A stretch of DNA of 49,689 nucleotides from Candidatus Yanofskybacteria bacterium. Its GTDB lineage: Bacteria > Patescibacteriota > Minisyncoccia > 2-02-FULL-40-12 > GWA2-44-9. The stretch is taken from assembly GCA_903830625.1 (NCBI GenBank), contig CAIKUK010000009.1, forward strand, positions 1 through 49,689, given 5' to 3'. A program made the translations under genes and the position numbers. How positions within the stretch are numbered: the stretch's first letter is position 1; each line of letters opens with the position of its first letter. Under the pieces are notes generated by a model. That model was not told the origin of the DNA and did not search any database. It saw only the letters and a list, made by a program, of their open reading frames with translations. Positions 19,445 to 28,600 of this stretch are shown here, piece after piece.

Positions 19445-19655
19445 CGCCCAAGCCATTTGAAAGACTCCCCGCAGGCCTTTCAGCTATTCCAGTAAGGCGA
19501 TAGCCGGCCAGATGCCATTGAGGTTCCCAGTTTGAGTCATCAAACTGTTGGACCGAAATAGCATTGGCGTAGATTGGTGCTGGGTGAAAGGCTGAGGGAT
19601 AGGCGCGAATCTTCGCTGGAAAGATGAGACGCCGGTCTTTCAAATGGTTTGGGCG
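19445..19655 (+). ncRNA. Candidate structured ncRNA (or MITE), ~210 nt, unknown class
   Basis: 21-bp closing stem with one G-U on plus strand; nested helices GCCTTTCA/TGAAAGGC, CAGTTTGA/TCAAACTG, GCTAT/ATAGC, GGCG/CGCC. Confidence 0.5.
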
Positions 19656-19660
19656 GAGCT

Positions 19661-20119
19661 TTATCCCAAACGCCGAACGGCGAAAATCGCCGTGATATAC
19701 GCCGTGAAGAAAAACAACAGACCTGTGAAACAGGGCGTGAGCAATGGGAAGACACCGGGAGCACAACTGATGGAAACGGTATTGGCGCCGAAGAGTTTAT
19801 AATATTCAATAAATTCATAGGCCACGACCGAACCGGCAAAGAAGACGCAAAACAATAAAAAGTTACGGAGATAGCGCTGACGCGTGTAGCCGGGCTTGAG
19901 CCAATTAGAGAAAGACCAGACCGTCGCAAAAATGAAAGCCATTGACCCCCAGAAACAGGGCGTCAAGAAAGGATTAGAAATAACGCAGTCCTTAAAACGA
20001 AAGACCGTGCCATAAACCATTTTAAAATTATCAAATTGCCCCAAAAGCTTAGACCAAGCAAAAATAGTCCCGCCGACCAGTATCAAAGACTGTCCCAAAA
20101 GAAGAGTTTTTATTTTCAT
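19661..20119 (-). CDS. Membrane protein with paired Cys motifs (redox/VKOR-like?)
   Basis: 4 TMs; internally repeated C-x6-LTPCFxG motifs. Confidence 0.65.
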   Translation of the reverse strand: MKIKTLLLGQSLILVGGTIFAWSKLLGQFDNFKMVYGTVFRFKDCVISNPFLTPCFWGSMAFIFATVWSFSNWLKPGYTRQRYLRNFLLFCVFFAGSVVAYEFIEYYKLFGANTVSISCAPGVFPLLTPCFTGLLFFFTAYITAIFAVRRLG

Positions 20120-20136
20120 AGATATGTGGATAACTA

Positions 20137-20231
20137 TTGACTTCCTGTACCCTTTCGTTATATACTGTATCTAATCATCAACGGAAAAGATAACCCTATA
20201 AGGTTTCGTCCTTATGGGGCCTTTTCTTTTT
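20137..20231 (+). ncRNA. Candidate small antisense RNA overlapping NYN gene 3' end
   Basis: TTGACT-N18-TATACT, then hairpin 20184-20226 followed by T-tract. Confidence 0.4.
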
Positions 20232-20711
20232 ATACTCCAGTTTATCTTTTAGTTCGTTCATAAATCGCAAATATGGCCTGCAGATTTTGAATTTTAACAA
20301 AGCCGAAAATTTATCCTTATTAGGAACAATAATAACTTGCAGTTTTTCGGATTCAATCAAGTATTTGGCTAAGCAATAAAAGTCTCCGTCACCGGTTACA
20401 ATAATGGCTTTATTATAATTTTTATATTCAACCATTGTTTGTAATACCAACTCTGCATCACAATTACCCTTGGTCGTCCCATCTTTGTATTTCAAGGTCG
20501 GTTTAAAAATACAAATGAATCCGGCCTCCTGAAGCGACGCGTAAAGATCGCTATTACCTTCTACGAAACCTATAAAAAGAAAAGCTTTGGATACACCGTA
20601 TTTATCCGAAAGATATCGATAAAAACGCCTAAAATCCAAAATCCAACCGAGATCTCGAATGCTTAGATTTAAATTCTGGCTATCTATAAACGCGTAGTTG
20701 TTCTTATCCAT
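20196..20711 (-). CDS. NYN (LabA/PIN-like) domain protein
   Basis: YAFIDSQNL, KGNCDAEL, VTGDGDF. Confidence 0.88.
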   Translation of the reverse strand: MDKNNYAFIDSQNLNLSIRDLGWILDFRRFYRYLSDKYGVSKAFLFIGFVEGNSDLYASLQEAGFICIFKPTLKYKDGTTKGNCDAELVLQTMVEYKNYNKAIIVTGDGDFYCLAKYLIESEKLQVIIVPNKDKFSALLKFKICRPYLRFMNELKDKLEYKKKRPHKDETL

Positions 20712-20742
20712 TCTCGTTTTTATTATCCCACGTTCTGATGTT

Positions 20743-21825
20743 TTAGCCAATCAATTGTACAATCGCCTCTTTGAACTTGTCGGCGCTGAAATGGGAAGCA
20801 TGAGATTTGATAAATTCGGGATTGTAATTGGTGTAATTTTCATTCAAACGGCGGACGGCATCGGCGAGAGCTTCGGGAATGGGGTCGTCAAAGAATTCTC
20901 CTGTTTTGTTTTCAATAATAGTTTCCAAGGCGCCGCCTTTGCGGAGAGCGACGACCGGCTTGCCAAAAGACATGGCTTCAATCGGAGTCAGCCCAAAATC
21001 TTCTTCCTGAGGCATGATAAAGGCCCGGCAGGCGTGGTAATACTCCGCCAGCATGGAATCATCCTGCTCGCCAAGAAAGATGATGTTCTTGCCCGCCAGA
21101 CGCTTTAACCTTTCTTTATCCGGCCCGTCGCCAATAATTACCAGCGGATATTCCAGTTTATTAAAAGCCTCAATGGCAATATCAATGTTTTTGTATTTAT
21201 ATAATCGTGAGACTATGAGGTAAAAATTAGTCTCCATTACAAGTTCGAGCTTTGGGTTTAAGGTTCCGCCTAATTTTTTAACGGGAGGATAAATTATAAT
21301 GGAGTCTCTTCGGTAATACTTCTTAATCCTACTTTGGACAGCTTTTGATATCGCGACATATTGATCGACGCGATCGGCGGCGGCTCTGTCCCAGAGACGC
21401 AATAAATGCTGATATGTGAGCGCAGGCCAGGACAAGGCATTATCGCGGACATAATCGGCGTGTCTGTCCCAGAGAGAACGCGACGGGCTGTAGCAATAAC
21501 AAATATGTTTGGTGGAGGGTTTTAAAACCAGCCCTTTGGAAAACGAAACCGAAGAGGATAAAACTTTATCAAATTCCGACAAGTCAAAAGATTCAATGGC
21601 CGTCGGCATCAGCCAGCCGAAAAGCGGATAGAGTTTAGTAATAAAAGGAATCTTCTGCAAAAAGCTGGCCCGAATATCGGCCGATGGCAACCATTGCCGA
21701 ACAAATGGCTCATCATAAAAAAGCGTGTAGATGGGCGCCTGCGGAAAGATTTCGTGCAACTCAATCAAGACTCTTTCCGCTCCGCTTATATTTTTCAGCC
21801 AATCGTGGACGAGTGCTAATTTCAT
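20743..21825 (-). CDS. GT4 family glycosyltransferase
   Basis: VHDWL..GAERV, EEDFGLTPIEAMSFGKPV. Confidence 0.92.
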   Translation of the reverse strand: MKLALVHDWLKNISGAERVLIELHEIFPQAPIYTLFYDEPFVRQWLPSADIRASFLQKIPFITKLYPLFGWLMPTAIESFDLSEFDKVLSSSVSFSKGLVLKPSTKHICYCYSPSRSLWDRHADYVRDNALSWPALTYQHLLRLWDRAAADRVDQYVAISKAVQSRIKKYYRRDSIIIYPPVKKLGGTLNPKLELVMETNFYLIVSRLYKYKNIDIAIEAFNKLEYPLVIIGDGPDKERLKRLAGKNIIFLGEQDDSMLAEYYHACRAFIMPQEEDFGLTPIEAMSFGKPVVALRKGGALETIIENKTGEFFDDPIPEALADAVRRLNENYTNYNPEFIKSHASHFSADKFKEAIVQLIG

Positions 21826-22013
21826 AGAAATACGTTTAGGGCCACTTCCGCCTCATTGCCTCCGCCAACCATTCCAATTCCCCTGCGAGGAATTGTCACT
21901 GCGTTCTCGGTCCGGATTTTGTCAAGATATTCGCTTCGCTCAATCGTTGACAATCCATGCAATCCGGATTCGAAAGCTTGTCGGAAGGCAATGAGGCGTT
22001 CGTTATTAATCAT
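21822..22013 (-). CDS. Hypothetical small protein
   Basis: 63-aa ORF with ATGA overlap to GT4. Confidence 0.4.
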   Translation of the reverse strand: MINNERLIAFRQAFESGLHGLSTIERSEYLDKIRTENAVTIPRRGIGMVGGGNEAEVALNVFL

Positions 22014-22094
22014 ATATTTCTATCATTTCTTGGTCTTTTTCGCGATATTGACTTCGTGGTTGTTTAATGTTAAATTATTGATAAGGAGGAAACC

Positions 22095-22334
22095 ATGCCT
22101 GACAAGAGGGATATCGTGCAAGAAATAACAGACACGATAATTAGATTCGATCTGAGTAATCGTATACCCGGGAAGATGCCGACACGGCTACCGAAGTGCC
22201 CCCATTGCGAGGCTCACTTGCAAGGGGTCGATTCGGTCGAGGTGGCAGGAACCAGAAAGGGCTCCGTAATCTGCAGCAAGTTGTTCCACTGGTGCCAGTA
22301 TTGTCACACGCTTCTGGGTATCACGAATTTCTAG
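22095..22334 (+). CDS. Small zinc-ribbon protein (orphan cassette)
   Basis: SD AAGGAGG, CPHC...CQYC, promoter TTGACT upstream, hairpin downstream. Confidence 0.65.
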   Translation: MPDKRDIVQEITDTIIRFDLSNRIPGKMPTRLPKCPHCEAHLQGVDSVEVAGTRKGSVICSKLFHWCQYCHTLLGITNF

Positions 22335-22436
22335 CCCAGGAGAGCAGACGGCTGAGCCCGCGACCGACGCGGGCTTTTGTTTTTTAGACTTGCTTTATTT
22401 TTATTTTTGTGGCAATATATGGCCGGAGGTGAGCTG

Positions 22437-22766
22437 ATGCCTGTGAAGTTCCTAGCAACCAACAAGGAAAGGAACTCCGATCTTTTTAACCAGATGGAAT
22501 TAAACATCCTTCTTGTCCTGGAACATAACACTCCCCAAGGACTTGTTTTCAACAAGGAGAAAGGGATTGATGAGTTCTCGGAAGCTTTGAATCAGAGGGA
22601 TGTTTTCCGCGCCCAAACCCTGGCTCGCCTGACCAGACTAGGCCTGATCAGTGTTGAAAAGACAGGATCTGAAGACACTCGGTTTAGGCTACATGCGAAC
22701 GGTATTGCAGTTCTTGAGCTCTACCGAGCCATCCAGAAGATCATCAACGTCTCGAAAAGAGTCTGA
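22437..22766 (+). CDS. Winged-helix-like hypothetical protein
   Basis: SD GGAGGTG; TLARLTRLGLI...FRLHANG resembles a wHTH wing. Confidence 0.6.
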   Translation: MPVKFLATNKERNSDLFNQMELNILLVLEHNTPQGLVFNKEKGIDEFSEALNQRDVFRAQTLARLTRLGLISVEKTGSEDTRFRLHANGIAVLELYRAIQKIINVSKRV

Positions 22767-22823
22767 CCCGCCCGTGTCTTCCTGTGGCCCCACCGGGAAA
22801 AGTACTACCTATAAGGAGGCACA

Positions 22824-23108
22824 TTGAAAATCATCCGAAAATACAGAACGTTGTGGCTCGTTGTTGTCCTGTGGGCTTTCGCCAGATACGGATGGCACGC
22901 CAACGGCCATTCTCAAGTCCTCATCTGGGTTGTCGGCGTACCATTGGCCCTTTTCTATCTTCAGGCCCATCGGTGCCGGCACTGGGATTGCGGGAGTTGG
23001 AATACCACCACCGGATGGGACAAGAGCAGGATAATTTCGGAGAAGATTCGCCAGTGTCACGACTGCGGGTACCCGGAATCCATCAAGAGGGGCCGCCTGT
23101 TGCGGTAA
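22824..23108 (+). CDS. Hypothetical membrane protein with Cys pairs
   Basis: SD AAGGAGG, TTG start, 2 TMs, CRHWDC...CHDC. Confidence 0.55.
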   Translation: MKIIRKYRTLWLVVVLWAFARYGWHANGHSQVLIWVVGVPLALFYLQAHRCRHWDCGSWNTTTGWDKSRIISEKIRQCHDCGYPESIKRGRLLR

Positions 23109-23231
23109 CTCGCCTCGATATGTGGAAAGGTCTCGACTCTGAGTCGGGACCTCCATATCGAGGCCTTTTTGTTTTATTTGACTAAACCCTATTTTGTATG
23201 CTATATTACAAACACACACAAGGAGGAAAGT

Positions 23232-23585
23232 TTGAATTTGAAGAAGAGAATTCTAGCAGCGGACGATGACCCCAGTGTTCAAAGACTTATCGAACGCATT
23301 CTCAAAAGTTTCGGGTATGCGGTCGAAGTCGTGAGTAGTGGTGAGGCCGCCTTGGTGGAGTTTCGAAAAGACGGTTTCAGTCTCGTTCTCACGGACCTTC
23401 AAATGGGGAAGAATGCAATGAACGGGATTGAATTGGCGGAGAAGATTAAAGAAATAAACCCCGCCATGCCAGTCGTTCTTTTCGCAGGTACTCTGCCTCA
23501 AGTCCAACCCGTCTGCATCGATTGGATGATTGGGAAACCAGCAAGACCGAAAGTCTTTGCTCGGTTGGCGGAGTTCATCAAATAG
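23232..23585 (+). CDS. Single-domain response regulator (CheY-like receiver)
   Basis: ILAADDD, LTDLQM, MNGIEL, KP; SD AGGAGG, TTG start. Confidence 0.85.
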   Translation: MNLKKRILAADDDPSVQRLIERILKSFGYAVEVVSSGEAALVEFRKDGFSLVLTDLQMGKNAMNGIELAEKIKEINPAMPVVLFAGTLPQVQPVCIDWMIGKPARPKVFARLAEFIK

Positions 23586-23642
23586 CAGCCCGCAGGAGTG
23601 GCGCGACCTGTCAAAGGTTCGTCCACTCCGCGGGCCTTTGTT

Positions 23643-24644
23643 TTACCTTTTCGCCATCACGTTTTTTTTGTAGGTGTTGAGGTTTTCTAGAACAATGCCC
23701 GTGCCTCTTGCCACGCAAAACAACGGGTCATCGGCGACACGCGCCGGCACGCCTGTAATCCTAGTGATGAGAGTGTCGATATGTTTGAGCAAAGCGCCAC
23801 CCCCGGAAATAATAATGCCTTTATCCATAATGTCGGAACAGAGTTCGGGAGGCGTGACTTCCAGCACTGATTTTATAATTTGAATAATTTCGTGAAGTTG
23901 TTCGGTCAAAGCTTCGGTTATTTCATTGGAACTCACTTCGATAGTTTTGGGATAACCTGATGTTAAGTCCCGGCCTTTGATGCTGATTTTTTCTTCGGTC
24001 GGCATTTTAATGGCACAGCCGATATTTATTTTTATCAGTTCGGCTGTTCGTTCGCCAATAGCCAGGCCGTGCTTCTTTTTAATATATTCCACGATAGCTT
24101 TATCCAGTTTATTCCCGCCAATACGCACCGATTCGGAACTGACGATGCCGCCTAAAGAAATAACAGCCAGTTCGGTGGTTCCTCCGCCGATATTCAAGAT
24201 CATATTACCCGAAGGACTGTTAATAGGAATTTTGGCGCCGATAGCAGCCAAGACCGGCTCTTTAACCAGATAAACTTCTTTAGCGCCGGCCCGCAGACCG
24301 GCTTCCATAACCGCTCGGCGTTCAGTGGAAGTGATGCCCGCCGGTACGGAGATTAAAACTTCGGGTTTAAAGAATCTCAAAATACCGCCGGATTTTTTTA
24401 TAAAATAACGGAGCATCGCGCCAGTGACCCGATAATCGGCAATGGCGCCGTCCACCAGAGGTTGAGAAACAATAATGCTTTCCGGCGCTCGGCCGATCAT
24501 CTCTTTAGCTTCAGAGCCGACCGCCAGGATTTTATTATCCAAAACCGAAATGGCCACCACCGAGGGTTCATTGATAACAATCCCCTTTTGGGGCAAAAAG
24601 ACGACCGTGTTTGTAGTACCCAAATCAATACCTATGCTTCTCAT
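23643..24644 (-). CDS. mreB: Rod shape-determining protein MreB/Mbl
   Basis: IGIDLGTTNT, NEPSVVA, EPVLAAIGA, IGGGTTE, SGGGALL; start MRSIGID. Confidence 0.95.
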   Translation of the reverse strand: MRSIGIDLGTTNTVVFLPQKGIVINEPSVVAISVLDNKILAVGSEAKEMIGRAPESIIVSQPLVDGAIADYRVTGAMLRYFIKKSGGILRFFKPEVLISVPAGITSTERRAVMEAGLRAGAKEVYLVKEPVLAAIGAKIPINSPSGNMILNIGGGTTELAVISLGGIVSSESVRIGGNKLDKAIVEYIKKKHGLAIGERTAELIKINIGCAIKMPTEEKISIKGRDLTSGYPKTIEVSSNEITEALTEQLHEIIQIIKSVLEVTPPELCSDIMDKGIIISGGGALLKHIDTLITRITGVPARVADDPLFCVARGTGIVLENLNTYKKNVMAKR

Positions 24645-24647
24645 AGT

Positions 24648-24803
24648 ATAACTTGCTGACCGCTCTGCTGTGCCTCCTGGCACTTAAGCAGGCTCTTGAT
24701 TGATTCCTTCGTTAAAATCTCCGCTTCTCCTTTCGCCATATGTCTATATGGCTCAGTCGAATGCTCGATTTTGCCTCGGACTCAGTCAAGTCAGCTGCGT
24801 TAT
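24648..24803. mobile_element. ~156-bp palindromic element at mreB start, flanked by duplicated CATAGT
   Basis: Imperfect TIR ATAAC..GCTGAC/GTCAGC..GTTAT; CATAGT (minus ACTATG) at 24642-24647 and 24804-24809. Confidence 0.6.
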
Positions 24804-24877
24804 CATAGTTTATTTATGATTGGATATCAATGATTGATATCCTGGCCAAAGTGCTTAAAATATTGTACTATCGCCCC

Positions 24878-25726
24878 ATGACTAGAACCACTCGGAGGAT
24901 TCTTTTTTACTGCGCCATATTACTCTTTATTGGCATAAGTTACATAGTTTTGGTTTACGCCCAAGGCTATCAATACAGCTTCAGCCAGGGTAAATTTATC
25001 CGAAGCGGAGCTTTGTATCTGAATGTCAATACTTCGGCTAATGTCTTAATCAACGGCAAACTTAAAACTTCCACTTCGCTTCTGGGAAATTCAGCCAGCG
25101 TGGGCGGACTTTTACCCGGTACTTATACGGTCAGCGTTCAAAAAGATGGCTGGTCGGTCTGGCAAAAAAAGTTTACAATCGTGGCCGGCTTCGTGGAAGA
25201 TTTTAATCATGTCATGCTCTTGCCTCAAACCGGCCAAGATAAAGAAAACGTCAGAAAAGAAATCCATGATTTGCTCTATCCAGTTATCGCTTCGGCGTCA
25301 GCCAGGCCCTCACCTTCACACAGTCCTTCACTGACACCCAAAACAAAACCTACCCCCAAACCTTCACCGACACCTTCTCCAACGCCTGATATATCCAACC
25401 CGTACTTTATTGAAAATAGTTCTCTTTATGTAAATATTCCTGAACCGGCTGTCAAATTGGCCGATAATATTACGATTGCATCATTATCAGATGATAATCA
25501 AAAACTGGCCTGGTTCAGTGGCGGCCAGCTCTGGGTTTATTGGCTTAAAGACACTAATTACCAGCCCGTCCATCACGCCGGCGACGTCGCCTTAATCGCT
25601 CATTTCAATAATCCCATCAAAGCTATCCACTGGTTCCGCGACAATGACTATATCGCTTTAGATGCCTTCGGCCTCAAAGTCGTGGAGATAGATACCCGTC
25701 CCGGATTGAATATTATTAATTTCTAA
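24878..25726 (+). CDS. PEGA domain membrane-anchored protein
   Basis: TM, YAQGYQY, ANVLING, LLPGTYTVSVQKDGWSVWQK, Pro/Thr linker. Confidence 0.8.
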   Translation: MTRTTRRILFYCAILLFIGISYIVLVYAQGYQYSFSQGKFIRSGALYLNVNTSANVLINGKLKTSTSLLGNSASVGGLLPGTYTVSVQKDGWSVWQKKFTIVAGFVEDFNHVMLLPQTGQDKENVRKEIHDLLYPVIASASARPSPSHSPSLTPKTKPTPKPSPTPSPTPDISNPYFIENSSLYVNIPEPAVKLADNITIASLSDDNQKLAWFSGGQLWVYWLKDTNYQPVHHAGDVALIAHFNNPIKAIHWFRDNDYIALDAFGLKVVEIDTRPGLNIINF

Positions 25727-25767
25727 AAACAAGGAGGCCAGGCGCAGAAGTTCTACGCCTGGCCCTG

Positions 25768-25965
25768 TTACGAATCGAGACCACGTGGATTGTTCGTCGT
25801 GGCCATTCGGAGGATGGCAGCCTGCATGGCATCTCCGGGCCTTCGATGTTCCTGCCGGTATTCTTCCGGAGCAGCGTGTCCGCATCCTTTGCAGTCCCAG
25901 CCATCAAAAACTGGGTCTCCCTTACCGCATCCCGGACAGGAAAATCGAGCCAACTCTTCAGACAT
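25768..25965 (-). CDS. Small zinc-finger hypothetical protein
   Basis: SD GGGAGGG, CPGC...CKGC. Confidence 0.55.
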   Translation of the reverse strand: MSEELARFSCPGCGKGDPVFDGWDCKGCGHAAPEEYRQEHRRPGDAMQAAILRMATTNNPRGLDS

Positions 25966-26106
25966 GATCCCTCCCATCAGTGCAGAAAGAGATGACACAC
26001 AACCCAATGAGCTAAATCCATAGTAGTCTTTATAAAAAATTAAAGAAGGCACTGGTTGTGCATATCGCCAGTGGCGACGCACAACCAGTGCCTTGATTCT
26101 CGGCTC

Positions 26107-26298
26107 TCACCCCTGAAAGGCTTCGCGGATTCTCCGCAGATTGGCCGGTTCCTTCTTCCCGTTGCCGTTGGCGACATTGGGGGTTATAGCCGGCTCCGGC
26201 TCTGATGGTTCTTCTTCTTCGCCGGAGATGATGATACAACCGCAATTGACACAGAACTTCCCCCAATCACCTTCCTTGTGACAAACCTGACACTTCAT
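26107..26298 (-). CDS. Small zinc-ribbon hypothetical protein
   Basis: SD AAGGAG, CQVC...FCVNCG. Confidence 0.6.
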   Translation of the reverse strand: MKCQVCHKEGDWGKFCVNCGCIIISGEEEEPSEPEPAITPNVANGNGKKEPANLRRIREAFQG

Positions 26299-26313
26299 GG
26301 AAGTGACTCCTTT

Positions 26314-26853
26314 TTAACGCTTGTTCCACTGTGGCGCTTTTCTGGCCTTCTTTAAGCCGTACTTGCGGCGTTCTTTGGCGCGGGAATCGCGAGTGAGAAA
26401 ACCGGATTTCTTGAGCTTCTTGCGGAAGTTGGCATCAAACAATTCCAGGGCGCGGGAAATACCGTGTTTAATGGCGCCGGCTTGGCCGGCGATACCGCCG
26501 CCGTGAACCATGACCGTGGCCTTGAATCGGTTGATGGATTTAAGTTTGCGGAGCGGAGATTCCACAATGTGTTGCAAATTAACATCACTGAAGTAGTCGG
26601 TATAACTTTTTTGATTGACCATAATGATGGCTTTCTCTTCACTGGCGACGTCGGTTGATTTTTTAGTAAAAAGACGGACACGAGCAATGGCTTCTTTACG
26701 TCGGCCGACAGTTTCAAAATATTTCTCCGGGCCCTTTTCTTCGGCCTCAATCACTTCTTCCGGTGCGGAAACAACCACCTCTTCGTCGAGGATTGGGACG
26801 ACTGCTTTTGCTTTCTTGGGTTTAATTGTTTTTACCGCTTTCTTGATAGGCAT
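26314..26853 (-). CDS. rpsI: 30S ribosomal protein S9 (N-terminally extended)
   Basis: [45 protein letters not shown]. Confidence 0.97.
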   Translation of the reverse strand: MPIKKAVKTIKPKKAKAVVPILDEEVVVSAPEEVIEAEEKGPEKYFETVGRRKEAIARVRLFTKKSTDVASEEKAIIMVNQKSYTDYFSDVNLQHIVESPLRKLKSINRFKATVMVHGGGIAGQAGAIKHGISRALELFDANFRKKLKKSGFLTRDSRAKERRKYGLKKARKAPQWNKR

Positions 26854-26856
26854 ATA

Positions 26857-26924
26857 TTTAGGGTGTTAGGTCTTTAGGGTTCTAGGAGCTAGGTTCCTGA
26901 ATTCCTAGACACCTAGTTTCCTGA
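26857..26924. repeat. 8-nt-period TAGG/CCTA repeat element, copy 1
   Basis: Shares TTAGGTCTTTAGG..TCTAGG...TTCCTGA with 27760-27819 and 29399-29451. Confidence 0.75.
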
Positions 26925-26925
26925 T

Positions 26926-27267
26926 TTACTGAAATTTCAAATTCTTGATTATTTTGTCGCGAGTTTTGTTATCGGGCAACATCCGGTAAACCATGTGGCG
27001 GAAAACTTCCTGCGGATTCTTGGCCCATTCTTCGCCCAAATTGCGGGCGCGAATACCGCTGTGATAACCGGAATAATGGTAATAGGTTTTCTGTTCCAGT
27101 TTTTTCCCCGTGAACTTGGCCGATTTTAAATTGGAAATGACGACTTCCACGTTAGCCAGTTTTTCCGGAGCATAAGACGCCAGATGTTTGCCGCGCAAAA
27201 CCTCCGCGACTTTAGTGGCGATGCGTCCCAGAGATTGATTAGTAGCGTCAATTGGATAGGTAGTCAT
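26926..27267 (-). CDS. rplM: 50S ribosomal protein L13 (short)
   Basis: IDA...LGRIAT, LRGKH, TGKK, YYHYSGY, MLP. Confidence 0.95.
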   Translation of the reverse strand: MTTYPIDATNQSLGRIATKVAEVLRGKHLASYAPEKLANVEVVISNLKSAKFTGKKLEQKTYYHYSGYHSGIRARNLGEEWAKNPQEVFRHMVYRMLPDNKTRDKIIKNLKFQ

Positions 27268-27377
27268 CCCGTTAGAAATGTAGCAAACCGTCCACCGTAT
27301 TGTGGTGGTGGCAGGTTATATTTATTTTTAAATTATTGATTTTCATAATTATACCCGTAGGGTTCATTTCTAACGGG
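27268..27377. mobile_element. 110-bp MITE-like element at rplQ/rplM junction
   Basis: 13-bp perfect TIR CCCGTTAGAAATG/CATTTCTAACGGG flanked by AT on both sides. Confidence 0.8.
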
Positions 27378-27756
27378 ATTTGGCTGGAGTGGTTGTTGGG
27401 GTGGCCTTTAAACCAGTTAATTCGATTATGGCCATTTCGGCGCCGTCGCTTTGGCGCTGGCCCAAACGGATAATCCTGGTATAGCCCCCCTTGCGGTCGG
27501 CATTGACTTTAACCACTTCGCTCATCAGTTTTTTAACGGCTGTCTCACCGACATGGCCCAGCAATTCCCGGCGGGCATTCAAATTATCACGCTTGGCGAG
27601 GGTAATCAACTTATCAATAACCGGAGCCAATGACTTAGCTTTAGCTTGGGTGGTCTTAATATGACCGTGGCTGATCAAAGCCGTCACCAGCGATTTGTAC
27701 ATCGCGGTTCGGACTTTGCGGTCTAGGCCGAATTTTCGTTGATTGCCTCGTTTCAT
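27370..27756 (-). CDS. rplQ: 50S ribosomal protein L17
   Basis: IKTTQAKAK, LITLAK, RKGGYTRI, RQSDGAEMA. Confidence 0.97.
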   Translation of the reverse strand: MKRGNQRKFGLDRKVRTAMYKSLVTALISHGHIKTTQAKAKSLAPVIDKLITLAKRDNLNARRELLGHVGETAVKKLMSEVVKVNADRKGGYTRIIRLGQRQSDGAEMAIIELTGLKATPTTTPAKSR

Positions 27757-27759
27757 AAC

Positions 27760-27819
27760 TTTAGGGTTTTAGGTCTTTAGGATTCTAGGGACTAGATTCC
27801 TGACTTCCTAGATTCCTGA
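27760..27819. repeat. 8-nt-period TAGG/CCTA repeat element, copy 2
   Basis: Matches copies 1 and 3; supplies last codons and stop of rpoA. Confidence 0.75.
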
Positions 27820-28548
27820 TTTATTTTTTTTCTTGGCTTTGGGTTCTTTTTTAACCGGCGCTTCCGGAACGGCTACTTCATGCACGACGTTAAAATGGTT
27901 GATTAAAATCTCGGCGGCGCTCTTCATGGCCATTTCTGGTTCAATTGAACCGTCGGTTTCCACTTCCATGGTCACTTTGTTGAAGTCGATGCGCTGGCCG
28001 ACACGAACATCTTCAATCTTGAAGTTTACCAAACGCACCGGCGAAAAGATGGCATCAATAGCAATGACGCCGATAGCCAGTTTTTCTTTCTGGCGCTGTT
28101 CAACCGGGACATAGCCGATTCCTTTTTCCACATCCAGTTCTAAAGCAAATTCTGTTTTCTTATCGGTCAGCGTAGCAATGTGCTGTTCCGGATTGATGAC
28201 TTCGATGTCGGCGTTGGTTTTAATGTCGGCGGCGGTCACTTCTTTTTCACCTTTGACTTCGATGTTTAATTTAACCGGTCCGTCAACATAAAGTCGGAAT
28301 TTAATCTTCTTAATGTTCATAATGAGCTCGATGACATCTTCTTGAATGCCGGCGATACTGGAAAATTCATGATCCACACCCTTGATTTTGATGGAAGTGA
28401 TAGCCGCGCCTTCAAGCGAGGACAACAGGACACGGCGAAGCGGATTCGCAATCGTGGCGCCATAGCCCGGCATGAGCGGACTGATTTCAAAGGTGGCTCG
28501 GTTGCCATTCTTCGCTATTACTTTGATTTGTTCGGGTGTCTGTATCAT
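27808..28548 (-). CDS. rpoA: RNA polymerase alpha subunit, lacking alpha-CTD
   Basis: PLMPGYGATIANPLRRVLLSSL, HEFSSI.GIQEDV, DAIFSPV, ETDGSI; ends ~20 aa after the NTD. Confidence 0.95.
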   Translation of the reverse strand: MIQTPEQIKVIAKNGNRATFEISPLMPGYGATIANPLRRVLLSSLEGAAITSIKIKGVDHEFSSIAGIQEDVIELIMNIKKIKFRLYVDGPVKLNIEVKGEKEVTAADIKTNADIEVINPEQHIATLTDKKTEFALELDVEKGIGYVPVEQRQKEKLAIGVIAIDAIFSPVRLVNFKIEDVRVGQRIDFNKVTMEVETDGSIEPEMAMKSAAEILINHFNVVHEVAVPEAPVKKEPKAKKKNKSGI

Positions 28549-28600
28549 TTGTTTGTGTGTAATGCGGGTTAATAATCCCCAACATGCCACATGTTAATGG

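Noticed and set aside
19445-19655. tmRNA, RNase P RNA or SRP RNA
   Set aside because: No tRNA-like CCA end, no GAGGAAAGTCC motif and no SRP domain IV motif visible
20170-20226. Hammerhead ribozyme (GACGAAAC and TGATGA on minus strand)
   Set aside because: Could not build the three stems around a CUGANGA/GAAA core
9540-26300. Integron cassette array explaining the orphan genes
   Set aside because: No integrase, no recognisable attC pattern, mixed orientations, and the cassettes carry their own promoters
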